From Lama guanicoe (Eukaryota): 64,000 nt of DNA. The position numbers and the translations under genes are program-made. The notes below the pieces were generated by a model that ran no database searches, was not told where the DNA came from, and worked only from the letters and a program-made list of their open reading frames with translations. The stretch spans positions 7,721,095 to 7,785,094 of the forward strand of contig MU054391.1 of NCBI GenBank assembly GCA_013239625.1, written 5' to 3'. Shown here in pieces: positions 10,659 to 23,760 of this stretch (within the stretch, counting starts at the first letter, position 1; each line of letters opens with the position of its first letter).

Positions 10659-13195
10659 TGTGGCAGATTACAGTCTCCAAAAAATGGCCACAGCAATAAT
10701 TCTGGTCCCACGTGTTCTTTCAGAATCTTCTTATTAAGGAACAGAGCACACATACCCTCACTTTGAGTCTTGGCAGGCATTTATGGCTGGTCGAACAAGA
10801 AGAAGATGGTGGAAGTGACATGTGTGACTTCTGAAGCCAGATTACAGCAGGTGTACAGATCCTGCCTCTCTTTCTGCCTCTGTCTCTATTTCTCTTGGCA
10901 AACTCACTTTAGAGACTTGATCCATTATATAAGAATTCCAAATAACCTGAAGCCTTCGTGCTAGAAAGGCCAAGTCTGGAGATCACGTAGAGATAGAAAC
11001 ATCCAAGTGTTTTAGGCATGCCAGCCCCCAGTAATTAGAATCTTCCAACACTGTCACCATACCTATCGGAGAGCAGACACACATGATTTCAGCTCCAGCC
11101 ACACTGGACAACACCTACAGGAAAGGCATGGGTGAGATCCCTGAGAAGTGCCCCACTGAGTGCAGTCAACACCCAGAAATGTGAAAAAAAAAAAAAGAAT
11201 GCTGCTGTTTAAGGCCACTGAGTTATAGGATGATTTGTTACACAGCAGTGGATAACTGCAACACCTACTGGTACCATTAAATAAAGTTTGAGACTAAGTG
11301 ACTCAGAGATATTGAAACTAAGGACTCGAGCAAAAATTAGAAGAGCCATGAAAAAATGGCTAGTGGGAGCTTAATGATCTCCAAGAAGATCTTTGGAGAA
11401 GACCTAAAGGAAAGTGAGGAAAATGGTTAGTAGGAGCCAGAGAAAAGGGATGTTCTTACAGAGTGGTAGAAATGTGAGCATTGCTATTGCCAACTGTAGC
11501 ACGGAAAACTGGCCATCCACCTAAGATCCTGGATAATCTAAGTAAGGAGATTTCTAGGCAGAGTGTAGATGGTGCTATGTAGCTGCTCCTTAATGCAAAT
11601 AGCAAAATGTAAAAGGAGATAAAGAATCTAAAGAACATAAATATAAAGGAGCCTAGGACTTGCTAGTTTGGAAGCCAAACTATTTCTCATTGTCACCTTA
11701 CCAGTGGGCAAACAGTGCTGAAATTCAGAAATGACTTCTAGACAGAAAGCAAAATCAATACAATTTCAGGAACATATGGTCTAAAGGAGAAGCCGAGGCT
11801 ATGGAAGTAAAGCACTTTGTTAAAATAACAGAACAATTTAAGATGTTGTCTAACAGACCCTTTCAGTAAACAAAAGTCCTTCTAAAGATCATGAGGACAC
11901 AGCATGCAGAGTCTATCCTTCAAACAGTGGGTCTCCTGAAAACCTCAGGGTCCCTGCCGCACAGCAGTTGCTCAGAGGGTCCACAGTACAGCAGGCTTGT
12001 CTGAAAGAAAGTTGCGAGTGTGTCTTTTATCTAATAGGGTAAATTGTAAATCGATTAATCAGAAACCCACAAAGTTCTTAAAGGAATTTATACCTAATAA
12101 AACTGAAAAAGGTGGGGAAAAAAAAGAAAAAAAAGTTCTTAAAGGAATGATATTAGCTTACACCAAAAGGGATAGGATGCAAATAAATTAAAAGAGGCCT
12201 CTGGACACATTACATCTACAGGTGGGAAGAAGGCTATGAAAAAGTTGTGAACGTGTGCTGCATTTTAAGGAGAAGGAAGGACATTCAAAGGGTAGAGCTA
12301 TGGCCCATGGAGAATCGTTTCCAGGCATTAGAGCTGAGCTTTAATCAAGAACTGACAGCACATGCCAGGCTTGCTTTCAGGAATCCCACGGGCCTGTACC
12401 TTCTGCGTGCACCCCCGTGTGCCTCTTCCAGTGGCTGTCCTATGCTTGATGCACTGTCCTGTGTTAGATGTAAGGGGTGGGGGGCGGGGGGGGGGCACGC
12501 GAGTTTTCTCTTCCCATCACAAATCTTCAGATGGAGAGGAACCATTGGCAAGTTGTGTAGGTGAGAAACTGCACCCCAGGAACGTCATCACATCTCAAAT
12601 TAATTTAGATGCTGAGATTCTGGATCTAAAGCCTGAGCCTGGTACCATCGTAGGATAACACTCTGGAGGGTCTTGAGGGTAAAGGGTGGGCTATTTTTCA
12701 CGTGTAAGGAAAGTGGACTATTGTGGCCAGAAGGAGACCTAACAGATTGTTGATTTTTTTTTTCTGAAAATAGCCACATTAACCGGTACAGTCTAACATG
12801 CTCTTCAAGAACTGCGATCCTCCAGTCAAGAAGTAGAGCCTCTTTACTGACCCATTGAATGTGGGCAAGACTTTGTCACTGCCTGGTCCTCAAAGCCATC
12901 ACGCCAGAAAAACCCCATGGTAGGACCATGAAGTGATGGAGAGGGAGGCCCAGGAGCTCAGCTGATGTAACTGTCAGCTGTTTGCCTCTTCCCAGCCCAG
13001 TCAGACGTGGGTGGGCAAACCGTCAGATGATTCTGGCCTCACCCGCTGTCCGACTACCGCGAAATAAGGAGCCTCAGGGAAGAACCACCTACATGAGCTC
13101 AGCCATCCAGCTGAGCTGGGAGAAGCAGTGATAATATGATTATTGTTACTTTAAAATCACTAGCTTGGGATGATTTTGTATGGCACAATAGAGGT
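10659..13195 (+). mobile_element. MaLR (MLT1G/H-like) element: 5' LTR 10659-11263, internal region, 3' LTR ~12740-13195
   Basis: The LTR begins tgtggcagatta..aaaatggccac and ends gatttgttacacagcagtggataactgcaaca. MaLR internal sequence follows. A second, diverged LTR ends ttaaaatcactagcttgggatgattttgtatggcacaataga. Confidence 0.8.
12088..12131 (+). mobile_element. 44-bp L1 3'-terminal insertion with 17-bp TSD
   Basis: aaagttcttaaaggaat at 12071-12087 and 12132-12148 flanks ttatacctaataaaactgaaaaa plus an A-rich tail. Confidence 0.8.
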
Positions 13196-14599
13196 GGGGC
13201 ACTAGGGTAGGTAATAAAAATTTAAAGAGGGAATGTTAGGCTGGAAAACGTCACAATCAAGTCAACATGTAACAAATGAGAAAGAAAGACGGCTACTCAG
13301 AGAAAAGTCATTGTAAAACGAAACAGAAGGAAACAAAACAGATCATCCATTGTAAGAGACAGTAAATGTATTAAAGGAAGATATTTGAATATTTTATATG
13401 GAAATATGGAAATCAGAGGTGAGTAAGATGACTTGGGAGGCAGATTGAAAAATGATGGGGGATTTTGGGAAAATAGCATCGTTCAAAGTAGGGTCACAAA
13501 CCTCCCAACCCTACACTTAACAAGATAAACAGAAATGAGAAAGAAGATGAAAAAAAAATCAGTTCTCCAAGAGCGCACAAAATAGATGGAGCCTCGTTTA
13601 TTGTCTCTTATTTTGAAGAAGGTAATCTTGAAGTAGAATAACAGAGGAATCTAGAAAACGAAGGGAAAGCACTTTTCCTTTTCCTCAAGAAGCGGTACGG
13701 GGTTTTAGAGGACACCTGTCGGCAAAATCCTGCAGAAGTCTCCTTATGTCTTACAATTTGGAGGACCATCCTGAGTAATTTTGTGAATGTCTCCTCCAAC
13801 TGAGAAGCCTTTTCTCAACACCATAGATGGGAAATTTTCCAAAGAAGGGAAAAACTGTTATTTCTTATCAATTCCCCCCCCTCCCCTCTAAACTTAGAGG
13901 AAGCAGGCATGGAGACAGAGGGATCACAACTACTTCCACTAAAAAACAACAATAAAATAAGATGAAACTTGATGGGACTGGGTTATCCCTTGAGAAAGGA
14001 AATAGGGCAGAAGGAAGTAGAAGGCATTCTATGTGGTCTTTTGTCCTGTAGCGCTTTGTTCAAACAATGACTTCCCCTCATGTTCCCCTCCTCTGGCTGG
14101 GGAGGAGGAGGGGTCCCCGGCGAGGCGAGCCCAAGGGAATGGTGGGGTGAAGCTGTGTCTCTGTCAGGCTGTCAGTCCAACATAAACATCAATTTCTCTG
14201 CCCGCAGAAGAACGATACAGCCTGGACCAGTCAGCATAAACCCGGCTGTAATAAAACAATTATGTAAAATTGTAAGAAAACAGCCATCAGTCAGAGCAGT
14301 CACAGCTGCATCTGAGGCTCCTTAAGAAAGCAAACACCAGTAATAACCAGTTCACCAAGTGGACCTCCAAGGATGCGTCCACTCCGCTAGGCAGGTAACC
14401 AGGAAGAATCGGCACGTGCTGCTATGTTTGGACAAAGAAAGTGTCCAGACAGTGCAGCCAACATGAAAGAGGAGTAAAATGAAAAACACATGTCATGCAA
14501 CTGTTAGAAATCACAAAGGAAGGAAAAGGTGGAAGATGTAGGAAGGAGAGCATATGAAGTAAAAAAAAAAAAACAGTATCTTCTGGAGGAAGAGGACAC

Positions 14600-16000
14600 G
14601 CCAAGTAATAGAACACATATTTGTATAAAACACTTCAAAAGGACTTACAAAAACCAAAAAACTAATATTAAGATGAATCGATTGCCATAAAAGAAAAATT
14701 AAATCTGAAATATAAGATCCCCCAATGAATTTGCAAAAGCAAGGAAATGAAGTTGAATGTCAAACCACATCACTATAGAACTGTATACTTTAGAGGATGA
14801 AGAAGAGAATGGATTCTAATTGAAAATCAAATCTGGGATGCGGAAGAGAGAATTGAGATCATTATAGAAATAAACGGTCATTGGAAAGCACAGCGGGTCA
14901 ACAGTTAAGTGAAGGTAGCAGATGTGGACGTTACACATCAAAGAAGCAGCGTGTGGACACCTGTGTCCTTGAAATAACGGAACAGAAAAAGAACACTCAG
15001 AGATGGAAAGAAATGTTCTCCGAGAAGGTAGTTGCTGAATCGTCAAATACGAAAACCATCCACATGGAGGTTTGTATAAGAGTCTGGCTGATGTGATTCT
15101 TGGCTCCATCCATGGGCAGCTCGGTGACTTTGGACAGGTTTCTCAGATTGGTGACTAATCTGTAAAATGGGAATATTAAAAACACCAGCTTCATGATTTG
15201 CTGTGAGTGAGAATTATAGAAGTAAATATGCAATGTACTTAGGTACAGGGGAAATTCTTTATAATTACTAGCTATTGTTTGGCTCTTGGCCAAGTTCCTG
15301 AACATTAGGGGACAAGAACTAATCCTATAAGAGGAAAAGAACCACATGGCACCCAGGTATCTGCAGGGCATTATTCGAAGACAACGCAGTAATGTCAACA
15401 GAGGCACAAGGAGTGGGAAACCATGATCCAGAAATGTCACAGAGAACCTGATAGTCATTCAGGTACAAAGAAAATTAACTGGCATTCTGAAAAATACTAG
15501 GACACAGAGACTAAAACCTTCCTGAGAAAGCTCACTGAAGAAAACAAGCAATTTACAGAGTTAAAAAAAAAAATCAAACTCACAAAATAGAAAAGCCTGA
15601 CATGAAAGGACCAGCAGAGCGCTAAACTGTTTAAATATAAAACTGCGGTGAAGGAATTGAGGCAACTATCCTTACCTAAAATATACATTAAGTTATAAAA
15701 CTTAGAAGGAATTACATTTTTTCTTCAGGAAGAAATCAGGATGGAGCATGGAAGACATTTTATAACAAATACCAGGAAGTAGGGAGAAAGAGGAGAATTT
15801 CTAAGTTTCCTGTTTTCCTACTTTCATAGTGGAAAGTCAAGAGAGGGCAGGTTTATGGGAAAAAGTTATTTCATATGAAGGTAAACAGTAGAAAAACTAA
15901 CAAAAGGCAAAATATTTTCAAGTTGTATGAAAATGCAAATTAAAAACAAAAACAAATGTTTGCCGTAATTCAGTGTTTTTGGAAGAGTTGAAATGCATGT
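14600..16000 (+). mobile_element. HAL1/old L1 ORF1-like remnant interrupted by a MIR (~15075-15275)
   Basis: A-rich ORF1-like sequence (gccaagttcctgaacattaggggacaagaactaatcctataag) with an internal MIR core (gtgactttggacaggttt...tctgtaaaatggg). Confidence 0.55.
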
Positions 16001-16109
16001 TTCTGCACTTATCAAGGATGGTCTGGGTGCGGGGCTGTGAACAGAGATGCCTCCCAGGCAGCGGGAATGTGTGGAGGGCATGGGATGCAGAGGGGGAACC
16101 TATGTTCTT

Positions 16110-16520
16110 TTCTCTTTTTTATTTATTTTGTTTGTTTTGATTGAGAAAAAATAGAAATACAGACTAGTATGCAGAATAAATTAACAGTCTACTGCATAGC
16201 TATTATTCTGAATGAAGAAGTTTTTCACAGTGTTATATTTATTTCAAGGCATGTTTTAAGAATGAAATAAAACATCACAGATATAATCAGTCTTCTTAGC
16301 TCTTTGTTCTTTTCTTTTCCTTTGACTCTTCTTTGAGGTGGTCACTTTCATGAACTCAATATGTATCTTTTGAACAAAATTGTAAAGAGCATCCGTTTCC
16401 ATGAACAATGTATACATTCATGTTTGGGAAGTATATGTTGAAATGAAGTCTTTCAACATTTCTAGAAACAGAATCACACTGTATTATCCTGCAAAATGCA
16501 ATTTTTTGGCCAAATGCCCT
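16110..16520 (-). mobile_element. Old L1 (L1ME-type) 3' fragment
   Basis: T-rich start, then gaaaaaatagaaatacagactagtatgcagaataa, consistent with an antisense L1ME 3' UTR. Confidence 0.45.
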
Positions 16521-17059
16521 CTTTGTTTACCTTTATCTTTGCTTTATTCTAAGCAAAAGGAAATTGCTTGGTTAATGGGAAAATACATATTTGCTACTGC
16601 TAATTGCTGCCAAAATGTTGTGTCATTAAATTCTGTGTACATAAATTTGTGACCTTCCCCCCGCCCCCGAAAGGATGAATTTCCAGGAAAATATGTGATT
16701 GTAATACATTCCAAAAAAGATCTTATAAACCCAAACGTATTAATGCCACAGACAAACCTTTTTTTTTTTAAGAGTACTGGACAATCTCCCACAACCTACA
16801 CACAAAACATGTACTCATACATGTGTGCCGTACACACAGCCACAGCAAGCATGAAAAGGTGTTTCCCGGACAAATGCTTTTTAAATTTTTGAGAACTATG
16901 TAACCCCAATGTGTTTAAATTGTTCAAGCTACAGAGGAGGACATTTTATTAATTCTTTCTGCCACATCAGTGTGAGATTAAAACCAAAATCTGAAACCAA
17001 GAGCGCAAAGAAAACTACTGATGGATGTCACTTAAGAACATTCAAGTCCAAACAAAATG

Positions 17060-17340
17060 TCAGAAATATAATTCTGCAGTCATGTATAAAAATGTGTGTG
17101 CACAATTATATATAATATTCATATGTATATATAATGTGTTTATGTACATAAACACATATAATACAAATATACATTCCCATAGATATGTAGGTGTACATAT
17201 GCATTCAATTTTATCCACACACTTGACTGCATATTCACGTGTAAACTATGTGTGCCGTTTACACACATGTACAACATACAGCATATATTAACTACACATG
17301 AATCTACACATATACCTAAATGTTGATATGTGTGTTCCAC
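17060..17340. repeat. Degenerate (TA/CA/TG)n low-complexity tract
   Basis: Alternating purine-pyrimidine sequence seen directly. Confidence 0.7.
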
Positions 17341-17949
17341 GGTGAGGTTTAGTCCAGGAGTACCAGAACTGTTCAAAAGATCAAAAGCATCCTAATTATA
17401 AAAATACTAACTATAGTAATGAAAGAGTTAATTCCTTTTGTTGCTAAGAAAGAAAAAATCAAATCAAAGGTCAACATTATAATTTAACGCTGACTACTTC
17501 CTGCCGCATTTCAGGATGGATGTTACCAGTATTTACTGGCTCTAATAAGAAAATCATATATATTTATATCCTAGAATTAACAAGTATTAAAATATTTTAC
17601 ATATTTTTCAGTTTTTTATTTTCAGGAGACAGAAGACCAAAAATAAATTTGAAATCGAATTTTGCATTAAAGACTCCCTAAATGTTTTGCTAATCCCTGG
17701 CCTATGCATATATGGGATGAAATCCAGGATAAAGGAAGAGGATCTGAAATGAGACTTGAGCTGCCACTCAAGAGCTAGATTTCACTATTTAAGTCCAATC
17801 AAGTGAAACCTGCTTGAGTCCAGGCGAGCTAAATCCTTTTTAAGAAATAACCAGCAGTCTTCGGAGAAGGGTAAGTAAATTCGACCTCTAATCCAGTCCG
17901 CTGTGGCTCTGCAGCACTGCATTTAAATACACAGTACGTATTCTGCAGA

Positions 17950-19662
17950 TGTGTTATATGGGTGGCAAATACCTTCGGTTGTAGTCCAGAAGTACTTGGC
18001 ATACAAAGAATGTGGAAAATGTGATCCATTCTCAAGAGAAAAGACAATTCATAGAGACAACCTCAAAGGTGACCCAGGTTGATATCCTCAAAATGTGAAT
18101 GTGCAGGTACAACATGACCCAGCAATTCCACACCTAGCTGTCCATGCATTCACACAGAAACTCAGATACAAACGGTCAAAGCAGTATTATTCATTTATAA
18201 CCTACAAGTTAAAATCCCCAAATATCTATCATAATGGAATATTATTTTGCCATAAAAAGAATAAAAAACCTGCCATACCCTGTAATGTGTAGGAACCTGG
18301 AAAGTATTATGGCACGTGAAAGAGGCGAGGTACGAAGAGCATGGACTGGGTGAGCCCATTATATGAAATGTCAAGAAATACATAGAGGCAAATACAGAGA
18401 GGCAGAAAGTAAGTAAGTAGCTATCAGAGACTGAGGGGTGGGTGGAATGGGGAGTGACTGCTAATGGGTACAGGGTTTCTTTGGAGGATGATGGAAAGAT
18501 TTTAAAATTAAATAGTAGTGATGATTGTACATCTCTGAATACACCAAAGAACACAACATGGTCCATACTATAACACTGAATTTTATGGTATTTAGATTAT
18601 ACTTCAGTAAAGCTTTTCTTTTTTTAAGTCCCAGGTGTTTTTTTCTATAACCTATTAAACTGAACCCCAAATTTCTAAGATAGAATAAATAGCTAAGAAT
18701 GGCCATTTATATCTGAAAGAAAATAAAGTGGGAAGATGTACCCTAAAAAATAATTGACTTTTATAATAATTAAAACTGGGGTGCTAGTTCAATAAAAGAA
18801 AAAGATTCATTTAATGTATGGAATCCAGAGACAGACTGACACGTGTAGAAACTTGTCAAATGAGAAGTAACATTCAAATGACAGAGGGAAATAAATATCC
18901 AGCAAGTGGTGCTGCAAAAATCTGCTCCTTTTATAGGGAAAAATTTTATCTCCACCCAAAACCATACAAAATAAATATACATCAGGTGATTAAAATCTGA
19001 AAACCCACCAACCTTTAAATCACCTAGTGAAAAGGTTGCAAATTAAGACTGGATTTGACAATGAAGAACTTCTTAAATAAAACACAACAAACACAATTTG
19101 TAATGAAAACTATTGATAACGTTACCTTAAAATGAGCAATTCTGTTTGATTGAAGACAGTGTAGCTCTTTTTTTTAAAGTTAAAGAATGGCAGAGGTATT
19201 TGCCATTCATATAACCAATGTATGATTGATGTCCATTGGATATGCAAGATATTAGCAAAATGCATTACTGAAAAAGTAGATAACTCAATGCGAAAAAACA
19301 ATTTTCAGGAAAAGAAATCTGAATTACTAAAAATAATATGGAAAGCTATTTAATTTTTTGCTAGTCAGCAACATAAATAAAATGTCATAAATATCACAGC
19401 CATCAGATTTTTTTTTAAAGAAGGGTTATAATACCACGTATAAGGAATGTAGAAAGGGATTTCTTGCGTGCTGCTCATGTGAGTATAAATTGTTCAACCA
19501 CGCTAGATAACAATTAGTTGAAGGGTATGCTGAACACACCCTTTAACCAAGACCTTTCAGTTTTAGACGAGTGCTCCAGAGAAGGGCTTGCCAATGGAAC
19601 AGGAAGTCATGTATAGACATCATCATTACGCTGCTTCCCAGTGGAAAATTCTAGAGACAATC
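17950..19662 (+). mobile_element. Cluster of L1 fragments (L1MB/MC-type 3' end at ~18085-18620 within older L1 ORF1/ORF2 remnants)
   Basis: catgacccagcaattccacac; gactgctaatgggtacagggtttctttggaggatgatgg; ORF2-like A-rich sequence at 18650-19660. Confidence 0.75.
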
Positions 19663-19664
19663 TA

Positions 19665-20059
19665 CAGGCACACCTCAGAGATACTGGAGGTTTGGTCCAC
19701 CAGACCACTGTAGTAGAGTGAATACTGCAATAAAGCAAGCACAGAATTTTTTAAATTTCCCAGTGCATGTAAACGTTATGTTTATATTATGTAATAGTCT
19801 ATGTGTGCAATACCATAATATCTAAAAAAATGAACATACCTTAATTGACAAATGCTTTATTGCTAAAAATGCTAACTATCATCTGCACTTCCAGCAAATC
19901 ACAATCTTTTTGCTGGTGGAGGGTTTGAGATATGGCAAGAATTATCAAAATGTGACACAGAAACATGAAATGAACAAATGCTTGACGCAGGGCTGCTGCA
20001 AACCTTCGTTTCGTAAATAATGTAATATCTGCGAAGCACAGTAAAATGAGGTATGCTTG
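19665..20059 (-). mobile_element. Tigger1-derived non-autonomous element (Tigger1a-like)
   Basis: Terminal inverted repeats caggcacacctc ... gaggtatgcttg, preceded by TA. Both Tigger1 ends are fused at ctttttgctggtggagggt|ttgagatat. Inserted in L1 sequence. Confidence 0.85.
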
Positions 20060-20542
20060 AAATTGCTCATCAGCATAAAAATCATGATGAACAAATTAAA
20101 TGTGTAATGATTTCATTGTAAGAAATACTATTTCTCAATTGAAATGGAAAAGGAGGTGAATTTATTTAGGTAGTGAATTTTACTATAAGTTCTTAGGTAA
20201 ATTTATTAGTAAAAAATGTTGCTATTTATTTTCCTACAATATTTTTATTTATGTTAATATCTATATGTTCTGTTTTCCCTTATGATTCTGTTAAGGACTG
20301 TTAAGCTTCTTGGGGTTAGGCATCTATGGGTTAGCCTAAGAAGTTGGGTAAAACGTAGCCAACGTGTTGCTACAAAACAAATGCAGGGAAGATCAGAAAC
20401 GCTAACATGTTAGCCTTGGACTAGAATTGCAAGGGCAGAGACATCAACTGGACAGAAAGCAAATGACGATGGACCATGAAGGTCAAGAACAGGCACATGA
20501 CCTGTGTAGTCCCCTGAGGTCTCTTCATTCTAGTTGTGGAAA

Positions 20543-20544
<2 letters not shown>

Positions 20545-20604
<60 letters not shown>
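20545..20604. repeat. (TG)n microsatellite
   Basis: Seen directly. Confidence 0.95.
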
Positions 20605-20605
<1 letters not shown>

Positions 20606-20799
20606 CTTCAGCAGTCTTTTTGAGAATTTATTAATTTTATCAATTGCCACAAAAATGTCCATTTTGATTCTTCTTTCTATTTTGGTCTGTTTTCCATCTC
20701 CCTAAAATCGGATCCCATTTTTATTATCTTTCCTTCCACTTATGTTGATATTACTTGTACTTCGTGAGAGGAATGAAAACAAATGGGTTGACTCCTCCC

Positions 20800-21560
20800 T
20801 TCATATCAATACAGAAAATACTAGTTTTATCAAAAATCTTGATGTGAGCAAAACTCAGCTATCACAGTTATCAAAAGCTGCTCCTTAAAACTACAACTAG
20901 ACACCACTATCTGAAAGACTGAGTTAAAAAAAAAAGAAAGAACGAAAGAAAAAAGCAAACAAACAAACCTGTGAAGGCTGAGCCATGGTGAGGATGTGGA
21001 ACAACTCTCAATATTGTCGGTAGAAGTGTGAATTTGCACAAATACTTCAGAAAGTTTTTGGATAGTGTCACCTACAACTCAACATATATGTACCCTTTGA
21101 TGGTACTTCACATTTAGAAATTTATGCCCCAAAGAAAACAACACACACATATCCGTCAAAAGACCGCACAAGAATACTACTTGGAACGTTTTCTCATGAT
21201 AGCTCCAAGATGGAAACGACACAAATATCCTTCCATGGTCTATTCATTGTTTTAAAATCACACAATCGAATACTATGCTGCTATGACAAAGTTTTAACTA
21301 CTGCATGAGACAACATAGATGAATAAACAAGCAAAACCTAACTATAATAACAATGAAAGAGTCAAGGTTTGGAGGGAGAAGTGTCACAGTAACTCTGTGA
21401 GGCGAGAGGCCTGCCCCTGGGGCCCTGATAACGTCCCATCTCCTGATTTCTGTGGTTGTTAACACAGGTTTGTTTCCTTAGAAAAATTCACTAAGAAACA
21501 CACGCATGATTTTACACCTAACTGTATTTGTTACACTTCGATTAATTTTTAAAAGGTTTA
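20800..21560 (+). mobile_element. L1 (L1MC/ME-type) ORF2 end and 3' UTR
   Basis: ggtgaggatgtggaacaactctc...gatagctccaagatggaaacgacacaaatatcc...caatcgaatactatgctgc. Confidence 0.75.
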
Positions 21561-22819
21561 CAAATCACCTGTAGGTAAATGCTCTTGTGTGATTAGCACA
21601 GTCATGGTGGGAAGATGGGAACTGAGACCGGAAGACGTAAAGTGACTTGTCCAGGCCTCCACCCAGGCTTGGTATGGATCACCTGATTCAAAACTGTGTG
21701 TCCTTCTCACCCCCCAATTATTGCTTTAAACTTCATACGTTGGCAGATGACTGGGTCCTGAGGGAGGCTGGCACAGTCTGAAACCGTGGAACCAAAGAGA
21801 TGACACTTGCACACACACAGCATCCTCAGACACTGCCGGCATTCCCCCAAGCTGCAGGCTGGCAGGAAATTATCAGTGCTGGAAGAGTTAAATCGTAACA
21901 TACTTGAAATGTGGGAGTTCAAAGCCTTTGCCAATAACTCTTTATTATGTGCAGCATTTTCAAAGCACAATTACAGCATGTTGGAAAGTGAATGAGGCAA
22001 ATTTCTGGTGATGTCATCAAAGCAATAGCTACTAATGAGCACTTTCCTCGTGGGGATTGCCTGATGCCACCCTGACAGGAAAGACCGATTGGCTTTCTGC
22101 AAATTTACAAGGCATTCTGAAAGTTGTAGAAGCATCATGTGAGAAAACAACAGATCAAAGTTTGAATACAACACGGGGATGACAGGGTAACGTACTCGCT
22201 TATGTATTGGGTATTTTGACAAGATTTTTAAGGACTTTCCTAAAGGCGTGACAACAAGCACATCTTTAAATGATTACATTTTCCCCAAAATTAAAAAATA
22301 AACATGAACAAAACTTAAACATGTTTTTATTACCCCAGAGGTGTTTGGGAGAGAATGGTCATTAACTGAGAGAATTATCTCTGATGTGACATACCCTGTC
22401 ACATTGGATACAGGGACAATTTGGGCACCGGTCCTTCAGCAGTTTACCTACTAGTTGACAACTGGTGATGATCCAAGACTCAGGCTTCTGCTGGTCCTCT
22501 CCCCTGCTGCCCACGGGCCATTTCACGGCCCGTGTGCATCTTCCCCAAAGGGTGAGAAGCACAAACAGAAACACACTGGGACTTCCATTAGTCTTGTGGA
22601 TATTTGTTGGAACTCGTATGTTGAAAAAGAAAGAGAAGGAGTTGCATGAGTGGCTGGGAAGGAAAAGAAAAAAGTCAGTCAATGAAAAGATGGCTAAAAT
22701 GTTGGTGAAATGTCAGGTGTGGGTTGACAGTTAATGATAAAGTCTTGGTTCCACTTGAGAAAACAGCTGGTGAGTCTGATGCCCATGCATATCTTGGCCA
22801 GGTGGGAGCCCTGTGAGAC

Positions 22820-23220
22820 TGTCTAAAACCTTTCAATGGCTTTGAAGGACATTTGGTCCTGGCCAAGATCTCCATAAGACATTTGTTCCATAAGACATTT
22901 GGTCCACGCCAAAAGGTCCTTGAAATTTTACCCTATTCAAAATGTCCGTGATATTTGCTCCATGCAAAATGGTCTTGGACAGGACCACTATCAGGGGCCT
23001 TTCGGCATGGACAGGATGTCTTCATGAACATATTGGACAAGACAAACTATAACCAAATATCAACGACCCCTTGGCATGAAGCCTGGATGTTTTTAACAGG
23101 ACCAAATATAACCTTTTGGTGCAGACTTGATGTCTCCATGAATGTTTTAGACAGGACCATGTATGATCAAATATCAAGGACTTTTTGGACATGACCAAAC
23201 ACGACCTAACCTTTGAACAG
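22820..23220. repeat. Modular imperfect palindromic repeat built from GA(C/T)ATTTGGTCC units
   Basis: Units at 22848, 22878, 22894 and 22950 on +. Reverse-complement units (ggaccaaatat / accaaatatc) run from 22982 to ~23200. Confidence 0.7.
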
Positions 23221-23334
23221 ACACCCAGAGAAGCTGGGTTAAAAGTAATCAACCTAGTCAAGGCAGATCTACAAATACAATATGTAGCCCAGGTCAGAGC
23301 CATAAACAGGGCAAAAGCAAGTCACAATGGACCA

Positions 23335-23565
23335 CGAAGTTCAAGAACAGGCATGTGACTTGTGCAGCTGCAGGGATCCAAGCTTGGAAGGACCCCGCAC
23401 TTTGTTTAAGGCGTTACTGTTGCCATCTTGAAGTTCTTAAGAATTTTATTTTTGAATCTATATTTCCTAAATGAAGTCAATGCAAAAATGGAGCATGCTT
23501 TTTGAACCAGAGGCCCCATATTTTTCATTTCGCAATAGGCCCAGCAAATTAAGTAACCTGTCCTG
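23335..23565 (+). mobile_element. MER45-type hAT-Tip100 element
   Basis: gtgacttgtgcagc...tgttgccatcttgaagttcttaa...ggccccatatttttcatttcgcaataggcccagcaaattaagtaacctgtcctg. Confidence 0.8.
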
Positions 23566-23760
23566 GCCGGGAAATGGTCAGGTTGGCTAAGGTGAGTGAT
23601 TCAGAAGACAGACGATGACGATGATGATGACGAGTTTGGTCCACGTGAGCAAAGTAGACATTCTGATGATTTCTCTAAAACACACACATGCTGGGTTCCA
23701 ATGAGCCAGTTTCATTCTTTCTTCACTTTTTATGGAAATACTAATTTGAGAAAACATTTA

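Noticed and set aside
13560..13860. Possible processed pseudogene on the minus strand (AATAAA present)
   Set aside because: No poly-A tail on that strand, no TSD and no recognisable protein.
22820..23220. CRISPR-like spaced repeats
   Set aside because: The units are degenerate, irregularly spaced and change orientation; the context is eukaryotic with no cas genes.
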